Part shown: positions 27,914 through 37,226 of the stretch, piece by piece
How positions within the stretch are numbered: position 1 is the stretch's first letter
How the letters are laid out: each line of letters starts with the position of its first letter
Assembly (NCBI GenBank): GCA_964546285.1
Contig: CAZJJK010000001.1
Location: 38,131-102,130 of the forward strand
DNA length: 64,000 bases
Reading direction: 5' to 3'
Origin: an uncultured Treponema sp.
GTDB lineage: Bacteria; Spirochaetota; Spirochaetia; Treponematales; Breznakiellaceae
Notes under the pieces: generated by a model
Told to the model about the DNA's origin: nothing
What the model saw: the letters and a program-made list of their open reading frames with translations, nothing else
Databases searched by the model: none
Translations under genes and position numbers: made by a program

Positions 27914-27932
27914 AAAAACCGCTTTTAAGCGG
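27914..27932 (-). terminator. Hairpin plus T-run downstream of the avtA-like gene (read on the minus strand)
   Basis: Minus-strand aagccgcttaaaagcgg followed by ttttt. Stem ccgctt/aagcgg. Confidence 0.4.
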
Positions 27933-27955
27933 CTTAAAAAAACGGCGGCTTAGCG

Positions 27956-29251
27956 CTAGCCTTTAGCGTAGGCCGCCGTTGTCTCCTCGGCGATAAGCTC
28001 CAAACCCTTTATTACAGCTTCCTCCTCACCGGAGTAATTAATTCGCAAACAGCTAGCCGGCTGATCCCAAGTCTCGGCGGAGGCTCCGTCGTTAAAGCGC
28101 CCAAAACAGAAATATTCGCCAGGCAAGACCTGAACAGAACGCCGCTTTAGACGAAGGTATAAGTCTCTAGCGCTTATAGGCATTTTATCAAACCAAAACC
28201 ACAGAAAAATAGCGCCTTCGCTCCGATGTATCCTAAGCGGCAACGCTGAAAACAAGCGTTCAGTCAGTTCCAAAACCAAGCCCCGTCTTTTACGGTAAAA
28301 AGGCTCTATCGTGTCTCGGCTAAGGGAAAACAACTCGCCTGACGCGATAAGCGGCTCCACTATCGCTTGTCCAATCGTGTTTGTGGCTAAACTAGCTATA
28401 GCGTTTACGGCCGTTAAAGCGGCTATAATTTCAGGCTTAGCCACAACTATACCCGTTCGTAAAGACGGCAGACCAATTTTTGATAAACTCTGCAATAAGA
28501 TCACGTTTTCGCGCCAAAAAGGCTTAGAGTCAACGAAATCTATACCAGGAAAAGGTTTACCATAAGCGGTATCTAAAATAAACGGAATATTGAAACGCTC
28601 CGACAAAGCGGCTAAACTCTCTAACTCGGAGTCGGTCAGCACATTTCCCGAAGGATTGGTTGGTCGCGACACAAAAATAGCCCCTATACTAGGCCCCTCT
28701 CTTTTTAGAATATCCTCCACGGCGTTAAAATCGATGTAATACTTAAAATATCGCTCGCCTAATAGTTCAATACGCGGCTTACAACAAAGGATAGAGTCCT
28801 CATCCAAAATTTGATCGGCATAACCGACATATTCTGGCATAAGAGGATAAAGCACCCGGCGCCGCCCGCCCTGTCCATCATCGCCACAGAATAAATTCAG
28901 TAAATAAAAGGAAGCGATTTGACTGCCATTTGTCACCGCGATGTTTTCCGCCGTTAAGGGCCAACCAAAATCCCGTTTATATCGATCAGCCAAGACAGAG
29001 CGAAAAACCATGCGGCCATCGGCTGAATCATAGCTTTGGATAAGTTGGTTAAAATCCTCAGATTCTGAAATTTCCCTAAAACGCTTGCGCCATATATTTT
29101 CCATAACAGGTATATGAGCTGGATTCCCGCCGCCCAGTTTTAATAGCCTTTGTCCGGTCGCCTCGCCTAGCGATGCCGCCGCCAAGTCTTCCATCAATTC
29201 CAAAACGCCAGTTTTTTTAGTTAGCTTATTTCCAATTTTAGATAGAATCAC
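27956..29251 (-). CDS. Class I/II aminotransferase, valine-pyruvate transaminase (AvtA)-like
   Basis: N-terminal LTKKTGVLELMEDL, NPSGN and the PLP-lysine region SLSKIGLPSLRTGIVVA. I prefer GTG 29251, preceded by GAGGAGGaaaggg, to the TTG at 29266 used in the track. Confidence 0.75.
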   Translation of the reverse strand: MILSKIGNKLTKKTGVLELMEDLAAASLGEATGQRLLKLGGGNPAHIPVMENIWRKRFREISESEDFNQLIQSYDSADGRMVFRSVLADRYKRDFGWPLTAENIAVTNGSQIASFYLLNLFCGDDGQGGRRRVLYPLMPEYVGYADQILDEDSILCCKPRIELLGERYFKYYIDFNAVEDILKREGPSIGAIFVSRPTNPSGNVLTDSELESLAALSERFNIPFILDTAYGKPFPGIDFVDSKPFWRENVILLQSLSKIGLPSLRTGIVVAKPEIIAALTAVNAIASLATNTIGQAIVEPLIASGELFSLSRDTIEPFYRKRRGLVLELTERLFSALPLRIHRSEGAIFLWFWFDKMPISARDLYLRLKRRSVQVLPGEYFCFGRFNDGASAETWDQPASCLRINYSGEEEAVIKGLELIAEETTAAYAKG

Positions 29252-29954
29252 CCCTTTCCTCCTCAATGACTGGATTTTTTAATACGCCAATCCCTTCAAT
29301 TTCCACTTCCACAATATCCCCATGAACGATAGGGCTAACGCCGCTGGGGGTGCCGGTAGCTATCAGATCCCCTTCCTCCAGCGTAAAATTTCGCGATATA
29401 AAAGCGACAAGTTCAGTTATGGGGAAAATCATATCAGCCGTGGAAGCTGATTGAACGGTTCTGCCATTTATTCTCGCGCTGATAACCAGACCCTTTGTTG
29501 GATCCAAAACCGATTCCGGTACAACGACCGGGCCGATTGGCCCAAAACTATCAAAGGATTTACCACGGAACCATCCAGACGCGTCGCTTTTTTGAATATT
29601 TCGCTGACTTACATCGTTAAAGGCGCTATATCCCAAAATATAGTTTTTAGCCGCCCGCGCCGAAACATTCCGGCAACGACGTCCAATTATTATCACTAAT
29701 TCCGCCTCAAGATCGGTTCTTGTCTCAGGAAAGGCATATTCCTTTACTATTGAGGGAATAATGATAGGATCCCCTGGCCCGATAAGAACATTGGGCGTTT
29801 TGGCGAACAAGACGGGTTCTTTCGGGATTTCATGTTTCTTTAGATCAAATACCCGACTTTCCTTAACATGCTCTCTATAATTCAAACCGACGGCGATAAT
29901 CTTTGACGGCGCTATGGCGAGTTTTTCGCCACCCTTTATTGGTAAATAAATCAT
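29238..29954 (-). CDS. Fumarylacetoacetate hydrolase (FAH) family protein
   Basis: KIIAVGLNYREH, DLEAELVIIIG, RGKSFDSFGPIGP, LEEGDLIATGTPSGV. Confidence 0.88.
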   Translation of the reverse strand: MIYLPIKGGEKLAIAPSKIIAVGLNYREHVKESRVFDLKKHEIPKEPVLFAKTPNVLIGPGDPIIIPSIVKEYAFPETRTDLEAELVIIIGRRCRNVSARAAKNYILGYSAFNDVSQRNIQKSDASGWFRGKSFDSFGPIGPVVVPESVLDPTKGLVISARINGRTVQSASTADMIFPITELVAFISRNFTLEEGDLIATGTPSGVSPIVHGDIVEVEIEGIGVLKNPVIEEERGDSI

Positions 29955-32461
29955 TTTTCAATAGTAGCATATTTTGCCGATTCATCCACGCTCGGTATCG
30001 CTTCAAAACGTATTTGTCCGTCCCGCTCCGATATGCCGACCAAACAGGGGGAGTCTTCTCTAGTTTCCAGCAACCAACGCGATAAGGGATCTTCCACTTC
30101 TTTTTGTACAGCGCGTCGTAAGGGTCTAGCGCCCAGTCGGGGATCCCATCCCCGTTCCAAGAGAAAAGATTTCGCCTTATCGTCAACCTTAAGCTCTATT
30201 CCTTTATCAAACAAACGCTCGTTAAGTTCTTCTAATTGCAATGTGAGAATGTTACTTAGCTGCTTTCTATTCAATGTTTTGAAAACCACGATCTCATCTA
30301 TCCGATTAAGGAATTCAGGGTTAAAGGATCGCTTAAGTTCTGATAAAGCCGAAGATCTAATATCGCTGTCGCTTGGAAGCTCATTTTCCATGGCGAACCC
30401 TAATTTAGCGTCTTGGGAAATTTCACGAGCGCCAACATTACTTGTCATAATGATAACGGTATTACGAAAATTCACCGTATGGCCTAAATTATCCTTAAGT
30501 TCGCCTTCTTCAAGTACTTGCAACAAAAGGTTAAAAACATCGCGATGGGCTTTTTCTATCTCGTCAAAAAGAACGACACGATAGGGATTACGTCTTATTC
30601 TTTCTGTTAGAGTCCCGCCTTCCTCATAACCAATATAGCCAGGCGGAGCGCCGACTAAGCGCGAGACATTATGCTTTTCCATATAGTCGGACATATCTAT
30701 CCGTATAAGCGCGGATTCCTTTCCAAATAAGTATTCAGCTAAACGTTTGGCGAGTAAGGTTTTCCCAACCCCGGTTGGACCAAGAAACACAAAAGAACCT
30801 AGGGGCCGTTTTGGGGAGGATATACCCGAACGCGAACGTCGTATCGCTGATGAAACAGCGCTAACGGCTTCGTCCTGCCCTATTATAGTTCGATGTAACT
30901 CTCCTTCCATTAATAAGAGCCGAGAAGCCTCACTTTCAGCTAAACGCGAAGCCGGGACGCCGCAGATATCTGAAACAATATTGGCGATATCCGCTTCTGT
31001 CACAAGCTGCGGCGACCGATCCGCGATTCTGAGCCACGCTTCCCGTATCGCCTCCAGATGTTCGCGGAGACGCCTAACCTCATCCCTAACCGCCGCCGCT
31101 TTTTCATAATCCTGCGCTGAAACGGCTTTTGCCTTATCCTCGCTTAAGCGTTTAATATCCTCCTCTATCGCTTGAATATCATGTGGCTCCGGATCGGCTT
31201 CCAAACGTTTTTTCGCGCCGGCTTCGTCCAATAAGTCAATCGCCTTATCCGGTAAAAAGCGATCAGTTAAGTATCTATCAGAGAGACCGGCCGCCGCCGC
31301 CAAAGCCTTTGGTTCATAGCGAACGCCATGGTAGCTTTCATACTTATGCCTAATTCCTTCAAGAATAATCAGGGTCTCTGCCGCGTCTGGCGGTTCAACT
31401 ACAATTTTCTGAAAACGCCGTTCAAGCGCGGCGTCTTTTTCAAAATGCTTACGATATTCCGTGCTGGTTGTCGCGCCGATACATTGAATTTCTCCACGTG
31501 AAAGAGCTGGTTTCAACATGTTAGCGGCATCAATAGAACCCTCCGCGCCGCCAGCGCCGATAATCGTATGAATTTCATCAATAAATAAAATTATATTCTT
31601 TGCTTGTATGGTCTCTTTTAAGAGTTTCTTTAATCGTTCCTCAAATTCACCACGATATTTTGTACCCGCTACAACCGAGGCTAAATCCAAGGCTAAAATT
31701 CTTTTATCGGATAGCAGTTCTGGCGCTGAACCCGCGGCTATCATTAAGGCCAATCCCTCCACAATCGCCGTTTTTCCCGTGCCTGGCTCGCCAACTAATA
31801 TAGGGTTGTTTTTTGTGCGTCTTACAAGTATGCGGATTAAACGATCTATTTCCTTAACACGGCCTATAACCGGATCAAGTTTTTCCTCGCTAGCCATAGC
31901 GGTAAGGTCGCGCGCGTGCTCATCCAAAAGCGGCGTCATGGAATCCGCCGGCTTTACTGAAGCGAGCCGTTCCAACCCGCCGCTTTCGGCAAAGGGGAAG
32001 GAGCTCATCCTTGTATTGGCTGAATGCTTTGATTCAGCCAGTATCGCGTTTTTAAGATCGATACTATTAACCGCTAAGCGGTCCAGATAGCGCTTTAATC
32101 GGGAATCCGGCTCTATAGCCGCCGCGAACAGAATGTGTTCCGTGCCGATATACTCATTCCCGAGCGCCCTCGCCTCCTCAGCCGCCGTTTCCAATAATTG
32201 CCGGGTCCGCTTAGCCGGAGGGATATCGCCAAATCCGATAGCAGTCTTATGTGAATCAAAAGAACGTTCAAGATCAAAACGAAGATCTTGTATATCGATT
32301 CTCAACTGGCTAAGCACAGCACAGGCTAGGCCTTCACCATCCTTAAGGACGGCTATGAGTATATGCTCAGGATATAGTTGATCGGAATGGAAGCGTTTCG
32401 CCACTTCCTGGGCACCGATCATTAAGACTCGTTGCGCTCGCGGTGTTAAGCCCCTAAACAA
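29951..32461 (-). CDS. clpC: ATP-dependent Clp protease ATP-binding subunit ClpC (class III stress AAA+ unfoldase)
   Basis: Double Clp_N repeat, Walker A GEPGTGKTAIVEGLA and GPTGVGKTLLAKRLA, short UVR-like linker QDYEKAAAVRDEVRRLRE, and ClpP-docking loop KLGF. Confidence 0.9.
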   Translation of the reverse strand: MFRGLTPRAQRVLMIGAQEVAKRFHSDQLYPEHILIAVLKDGEGLACAVLSQLRIDIQDLRFDLERSFDSHKTAIGFGDIPPAKRTRQLLETAAEEARALGNEYIGTEHILFAAAIEPDSRLKRYLDRLAVNSIDLKNAILAESKHSANTRMSSFPFAESGGLERLASVKPADSMTPLLDEHARDLTAMASEEKLDPVIGRVKEIDRLIRILVRRTKNNPILVGEPGTGKTAIVEGLALMIAAGSAPELLSDKRILALDLASVVAGTKYRGEFEERLKKLLKETIQAKNIILFIDEIHTIIGAGGAEGSIDAANMLKPALSRGEIQCIGATTSTEYRKHFEKDAALERRFQKIVVEPPDAAETLIILEGIRHKYESYHGVRYEPKALAAAAGLSDRYLTDRFLPDKAIDLLDEAGAKKRLEADPEPHDIQAIEEDIKRLSEDKAKAVSAQDYEKAAAVRDEVRRLREHLEAIREAWLRIADRSPQLVTEADIANIVSDICGVPASRLAESEASRLLLMEGELHRTIIGQDEAVSAVSSAIRRSRSGISSPKRPLGSFVFLGPTGVGKTLLAKRLAEYLFGKESALIRIDMSDYMEKHNVSRLVGAPPGYIGYEEGGTLTERIRRNPYRVVLFDEIEKAHRDVFNLLLQVLEEGELKDNLGHTVNFRNTVIIMTSNVGAREISQDAKLGFAMENELPSDSDIRSSALSELKRSFNPEFLNRIDEIVVFKTLNRKQLSNILTLQLEELNERLFDKGIELKVDDKAKSFLLERGWDPRLGARPLRRAVQKEVEDPLSRWLLETREDSPCLVGISERDGQIRFEAIPSVDESAKYATIEK

Positions 32462-32486
32462 AAGTATCTCCTCGCGGAGGCCAACC

Positions 32487-33692
32487 CTATAAAGTTTCTG
32501 ACAATCCGCGATCTATATGGTAATGCGTTAAGGCTTCTCGAACAAGAGCGGCCCGAAAAGCGTCAGCGCCTTCCGCTTCCGTCCCCGCTTTTATTTTATG
32601 ATAAGAGTTCGATAAAGGAAAACCTATAGACGTTAATGATTTTTCAGATAACTCGTTCATGATGAAACGTAAAGCCGCCGGCAACACCAGCCAGATTGTA
32701 TTGTCCAAGCTGACTAAAGCTTCGTTACGCTTATTAGCTATTTTAGTGCTAAGCCTATGGAGAGCCGCGGCAAAGCGAAGATCGGCTAAGATCGATACCG
32801 CTTCCGCTTCAGTAAGCAGATAGGCATTGTTGGCTATGGCTAAAGCGCGATTAAACCGGTCAGTCCACAAAAGAGGCCGACTTTCTATCAGTTTTGTTCT
32901 GGTTAGGCGCTCTCCCTCAACTAATTCTCTAATAATTTTTGCTGTCCGATCTAAAAAGGCTTTTTCTTCTTCCCCAAGGACGCTTGTCGCTTCTAATCGA
33001 TAATATGGGCACCAAAAATCATCGGTCTCATTTCCTTCATCATGAACGAACAAAGGAGCTATTGTAAAACCCGCCTGAAGCAGATCGCTAAAAACACGAT
33101 CAAGTATACCGGACGCCTCCACACCAGGTAAAAAAAGGCTAAAGCCTAGGCTTATTCTAGCTCCTAACTCTTCTGGTGAAGGCCCTAAAAATCCTCGTCT
33201 TGTATCACAAGCCCAACCAAGTTGTTTATCTAGAGCCGTTTCTAATTCAAACGCCGCCGCATACGCGGCTTGAGCATGAAAGCCACGGCGCCGGCAGCTG
33301 AGCCTTATATGATCTATATCATTGATAAATAATCGTATACCTTTAGAAGCGGAAAAAGCACCCCCCACTCTATCTGGAGCGCTCAGTTCACCGGGGTAGC
33401 GTTCAGACAGGAGAGCGGCGCGTTTGTTATCAATTTCTTCATATGGAATGAGAAGATATTCGCTATCTATATTTTTAAGAGCGATAGCGATTCGATCTCT
33501 TAGCAGTAAACGGGCTGATTCACCAGCTCTCCAGACAAAAGCTTCGCCATCTATATTTCTCGCGAAACGGAGATCGGTATAGAGGCAAACATCAAGATCG
33601 CTTGAGGCCTTGCCTATATCCGCATAACCCGACCCGGCGTTCACCGCATTGAAAAAGGACGCGGCATCTTTATCTTTCCTGGATTGAATCAT
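32487..33692 (-). CDS. mcsB: McsB-like ATP:guanidino phosphotransferase homologue with a degenerate active-site signature (predicted inactive or altered kinase)
   Basis: Collinear with Bacillus McsB as I recall it: LRFARNI, INDIDHIRL, FLGPSPEELGARISLGFSLFLPG, RAALVREAL. The phosphagen-kinase signature C-P-[ST]-N-[ILV]-G-T reads S-P-E-E-L-G-A (33159-33179), and NEEDH(L/I)R reads NDIDHIR (33303-33323). Confidence 0.7.
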   Translation of the reverse strand: MIQSRKDKDAASFFNAVNAGSGYADIGKASSDLDVCLYTDLRFARNIDGEAFVWRAGESARLLLRDRIAIALKNIDSEYLLIPYEEIDNKRAALLSERYPGELSAPDRVGGAFSASKGIRLFINDIDHIRLSCRRRGFHAQAAYAAAFELETALDKQLGWACDTRRGFLGPSPEELGARISLGFSLFLPGVEASGILDRVFSDLLQAGFTIAPLFVHDEGNETDDFWCPYYRLEATSVLGEEEKAFLDRTAKIIRELVEGERLTRTKLIESRPLLWTDRFNRALAIANNAYLLTEAEAVSILADLRFAAALHRLSTKIANKRNEALVSLDNTIWLVLPAALRFIMNELSEKSLTSIGFPLSNSYHKIKAGTEAEGADAFRAALVREALTHYHIDRGLSETL

Positions 33693-33698
33693 TTAAAC

Positions 33699-33953
33699 CT
33701 AGTTTAAGGAGAAGTCAAAACCCGCGATCGAGTCTTTGATGGAAGAGATATTCTGAGAAGCAGGCTTTATTGAAGCATTTTTCATACGGAGACATAAGCG
33801 TCCAATATGTGTTTTTCCCTTACTTGCCCCCCCCTTATCTAAGGCCTTCCCAAATAAAGTCCAACATTGCGGACAACCCGCTAAACAAGCGGCAATGGAC
33901 TCGGTGGCCGTTAAAGAGCAGTTTGGACACACAATGTCATGAGTATTCATCAT
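33699..33953 (-). CDS. mcsA: Small McsA-like zinc-finger protein (putative McsB partner)
   Basis: 84 aa. CPNC-x15-CPQC followed by W.LFGKAL...THIGR parallels the second zinc-finger pair of Bacillus McsA (CPKCG...GCSECY.TF...H.GK). Located directly upstream of the mcsB-like gene. No UVR motif. Confidence 0.55.
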   Translation of the reverse strand: MMNTHDIVCPNCSLTATESIAACLAGCPQCWTLFGKALDKGGASKGKTHIGRLCLRMKNASIKPASQNISSIKDSIAGFDFSLN

Positions 33954-33959
33954 GCCTCG

Positions 33960-35246
33960 TTAATACCTCCGTAGAATTTCCAAGGGCGCGAGTTTTCCCG
34001 CCCGTCGAGCTGGAGCCCAAGCGGCGACTATAGAACACAAAATAGCGCCTACTCCTATTTGGCTAATAGTAGTCCAGTTGATAATAATCGGTATGCTCTC
34101 TAAATAATAGGCCGGATCAAGCAATTTAGTTGGGAGTGAAAGGCTGGAAGCTCCAAAAAGTGATAAAAGTCCAGTGATGCCGCTAATCAGCCCTTCTATG
34201 AAACGGATAAGCTCATTGACATATATAGCCGCGACTAAGCCGCCAGCCGTGCCTATAAGCGCTCCCAACGCACCAGTTAAGCCGGCGGCGAATAAAAATA
34301 TTCCTGTTGTTGCCCGCGGACCAATACCAAAGCTTTTCAGGACGGCGATATCGCGTCTTCTTTCAACAACAAGCATACTAGTAGCCGAAGCGACGTTTAC
34401 AGCCGCGACAAGGACCGCTAGAAACATGATCAATATCAATAATTGCCGCGTCGTTTCGTAAGACTTGTATTGGGAACGCTGTATTTCATACCAAGAATAA
34501 ATAGCGAAATCGTTTGATAATAAAGCGGAAATTTCATGTCTAACTTTTTCATCATCATCATGCGGATCATCAACCTTTACTCCCAAAAAAGGACGTACGC
34601 TATCAGGCGGCAGAAAAGACAGTCCGGCATCATAGGGGATAAAGCACCAGAGCGCGTCAAGCTCTTGATAGCCAGAAGAAACAATCCCTTTTACCTTAAA
34701 TAAAGCTAACTTAGGAATCCTACGGCCATCTTCTGTGGTACGAACTATCATAAGCCGCGCCGTATCGCCTATTTTCGCTCCTATTTTTTTGGCCAAGGCT
34801 TCCCCTAGTAAAGCCGATCGGGAATCAGTTAAAGCAAGTTCCCCCTCTTTAGCGCTTAGATAACGCTTTACACCTTCATCCTCTAAAAAGGCGGGATCGA
34901 TGGCTCTTATGGAAACACCAGAACTCGCGCTAGAACCGACAAGGAGCCCCAGACCTTGGGCTTCTGGCCAGACACCGCGAACGCCGGGAATTTGTTTAAT
35001 CAAATCCAGAGGCGCTGTCGCGTCAACACCATAAGCCCTGGCGTAGATTTGATAGTGGTAGCTTCCAACTTCTAAAAATCGTTCTGTTATGCCTGAAATC
35101 ATACCATCGGCGACCACTAAGGTAACAATAATCGGCACCAGACTTAGGGCGATTCCAAAAGCCGACCCTAACAGGTAACGTCCTCCTTCCTTGCCTCGGC
35201 CAAGGAGATAACGCGCTGCTATAAAAAAAACCGCTTTTGATTTCAT
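33960..35246 (-). CDS. FtsX-family ABC transporter permease, LolE/LolC-like (MacB-type periplasmic domain)
   Basis: 428 aa with 4 TM helices and a large periplasmic loop after TM1. C-terminal FtsX motif VVERRRDIAVLKSFGIGP. Overlaps the lolD-like gene by 4 bp. Confidence 0.75.
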   Translation of the reverse strand: MKSKAVFFIAARYLLGRGKEGGRYLLGSAFGIALSLVPIIVTLVVADGMISGITERFLEVGSYHYQIYARAYGVDATAPLDLIKQIPGVRGVWPEAQGLGLLVGSSASSGVSIRAIDPAFLEDEGVKRYLSAKEGELALTDSRSALLGEALAKKIGAKIGDTARLMIVRTTEDGRRIPKLALFKVKGIVSSGYQELDALWCFIPYDAGLSFLPPDSVRPFLGVKVDDPHDDDEKVRHEISALLSNDFAIYSWYEIQRSQYKSYETTRQLLILIMFLAVLVAAVNVASATSMLVVERRRDIAVLKSFGIGPRATTGIFLFAAGLTGALGALIGTAGGLVAAIYVNELIRFIEGLISGITGLLSLFGASSLSLPTKLLDPAYYLESIPIIINWTTISQIGVGAILCSIVAAWAPARRAGKLAPLEILRRY

Positions 35247-35932
35247 CCGTTTTCTTTTTCGCTAAAAATACCGGCTTCAAGGAAAAAACGCTGGTCAGCC
35301 CTGGCCGCTATCCTTTCATCATGGGTTACAACCACTAAGGTTTTCCCTTTTTTTGATGCCAGATCAAAAAGTATATCCGCTACCATAGCGCTATTAGCCG
35401 GATCTAAATTGCCGGTAGGCTCGTCAGCTAATACCAATTCCGGGTCATTAACAAGGGACCGAGCGACAGCCACCCGTTGCCGCTCTCCGCCGGATAATTG
35501 CGAAGGAAAATGATGAGCTCTTTCATCCATCTTTACTTCAGCTAACAGAGCCTTAGCCTTTTCCATCGCTTCTTTCTTAGACAAGCCGGCGACAAAAGCT
35601 GGCAACATAATATTCTCAAGAGCGGTAAAATCCTTAAGCAAATAATGGAACTGAAACACAAAACCGACGAAATGAGACCGGTAACTCGTTAAGGCGGTCT
35701 CAGCCAAACTTTGAATTTCATAAGAGCCAACCGCTACCCGGCCTCTAGTCGCCTTATCCAAGCCCCCCAAAATATTTAAAAGCGTACTTTTTCCACTACC
35801 GCTTTCTCCGCGGATCGCCATGGATACACCAGCTTCCAAAGTGAAACTCAAACCCTTTAGGATAGCTAATACTTCATTTCCAGAAGAAAAATCCTTATGC
35901 AATTCCTCTACAATAATCAGAGGTTTATTCAT
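35243..35932 (-). CDS. lolD: ABC transporter ATP-binding protein, LolD-like
   Basis: Walker A GESGSGKSTLLNILGG, signature LSGGERQRVAVARSL and Walker B LVLADEPTGNLD. Start placed at ATG 35932 (MNKPLIIVEEL), overlapping the upstream stop (ATGAATAA). Confidence 0.8.
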   Translation of the reverse strand: MNKPLIIVEELHKDFSSGNEVLAILKGLSFTLEAGVSMAIRGESGSGKSTLLNILGGLDKATRGRVAVGSYEIQSLAETALTSYRSHFVGFVFQFHYLLKDFTALENIMLPAFVAGLSKKEAMEKAKALLAEVKMDERAHHFPSQLSGGERQRVAVARSLVNDPELVLADEPTGNLDPANSAMVADILFDLASKKGKTLVVVTHDERIAARADQRFFLEAGIFSEKENG

Positions 35933-37226
35933 CACGCAACACCTCCGCCGGACGAATCCGAGTTGCTTTAGCTGACGCGAACCAAGCGGCGCTTGTAGCC
36001 GATAAACAACCAAACAAAAAAACAAGAAACACTTCGCTTGGTATTAATTTTGCCGGTATTTCCTTGATATAAAAAACAGTAGGCGAAAAAACCGTAAAAT
36101 ATTCCAAGCCTTCGCCAAAACCGAAAAAACGAAATAAAAGCCCCAAAAAACCGATAAAGCCGTTAACAACGCTCTCTAGAAGAGTAAAAAACCCTTCAAT
36201 ATTTAGAGCGATCAATAAACCAGGTATAAGGCCACATAAAGCGCCAATTAATCCAATAACCAAACCATCTGTCGTAAAAACTAAACGAACGGCTAAAGCT
36301 TTTGCGCCTACCGCTCGCAATAAACCAATTTCATCGCGCCGCTCCAGTACCACTCTACGCTGCGCTTGATATACATTGACTGCCACGATAAGGAAAATAA
36401 GCCCCACAAGCAAAAACATAATAACCTTTTCCGTCCGTAACGCGCCAAAAAAGGACCTGTTGTATTCCCTCCATGACTCAATTTTAAAATCCGTGAACTG
36501 TTCCTTTAAAGCCCCCATAACTTCAAGGTCTTTCCATCGATCTTTCAGTTTTATGCCATACAGCAATGGAGCTTCGCCTCCAGCGACAGCGAAGGCTTCA
36601 TCAATATCGATAAAGACCATACTCAAGTCATATTCATAAAACCCGCTGCGAAACAAGCCAGCGATCCTATACAAATTGCTACCGCCCGAAGTTCCGGAAA
36701 GAGCCGCGCCAGACAAAGCCACTAAATTGATATAATCGCCAACACCCAAACCGAGTAATCTCGCCAATTCCGCACCGACTATCGCGGAATCGGCCTCCAA
36801 GTCAAAAGCCCCCTCCTCAAAAACCAATTTTTCCATTAGTCCGCTATCCGCTTTAGCGGAAGCCGCTGGAACGCCACGAACCGAGGCCAATTCTTGAGAA
36901 CCGCTCCGACCGGAAGCTAGAGCTTGCAATTCCACAAACGGAAGAACCGCCGATACCCGTCTATCATCGCTTAAGGCCCGCTTCAATTCTAGATCGTAAG
37001 TGTCTTTCCGCCCCGCATCCAAACGTATATGATAAGACGATATTTCCAATATACTTTCTATAAATCCTAGCTGAAATCCATTCATAACAGCTAGGACGAT
37101 GATAAGGGCCATTACCCCCACACCAATTCCAACGATAGAAAAGACAGACGAGGGCGATGCTTTGTCACGTTTTCTAGCTGATAAATAGCGAGCGGCGACA
37201 AAACTTATCCAAGATCTATCACTCAT
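35925..37226 (-). CDS. FtsX-family ABC transporter permease, LolC/LolE-like
   Basis: 433 aa with the same architecture as 33960-35246. VLERRDEIGLLRAVGAK motif. Confidence 0.75.
   Translation of the reverse strand: MSDRSWISFVAARYLSARKRDKASPSSVFSIVGIGVGVMALIIVLAVMNGFQLGFIESILEISSYHIRLDAGRKDTYDLELKRALSDDRRVSAVLPFVELQALASGRSGSQELASVRGVPAASAKADSGLMEKLVFEEGAFDLEADSAIVGAELARLLGLGVGDYINLVALSGAALSGTSGGSNLYRIAGLFRSGFYEYDLSMVFIDIDEAFAVAGGEAPLLYGIKLKDRWKDLEVMGALKEQFTDFKIESWREYNRSFFGALRTEKVIMFLLVGLIFLIVAVNVYQAQRRVVLERRDEIGLLRAVGAKALAVRLVFTTDGLVIGLIGALCGLIPGLLIALNIEGFFTLLESVVNGFIGFLGLLFRFFGFGEGLEYFTVFSPTVFYIKEIPAKLIPSEVFLVFLFGCLSATSAAWFASAKATRIRPAEVLRDE

Noticed and set aside
29875-30186. 103-aa ORF bridging the clpC/FAH junction
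   Set aside because: It is out of frame with two well-supported genes that already account for the sequence, and its translation has no recognisable motifs.
30033-32381. Several 80-180-aa plus-strand ORFs inside clpC (30033-30584, 30747-31109, 31608-32090, 32133-32381), and similar ORFs inside mfd (58458-60521)
   Set aside because: These are shadow ORFs antisense to strongly conserved AAA+ and helicase genes. They are Ser/Arg-rich with no start-site signals.
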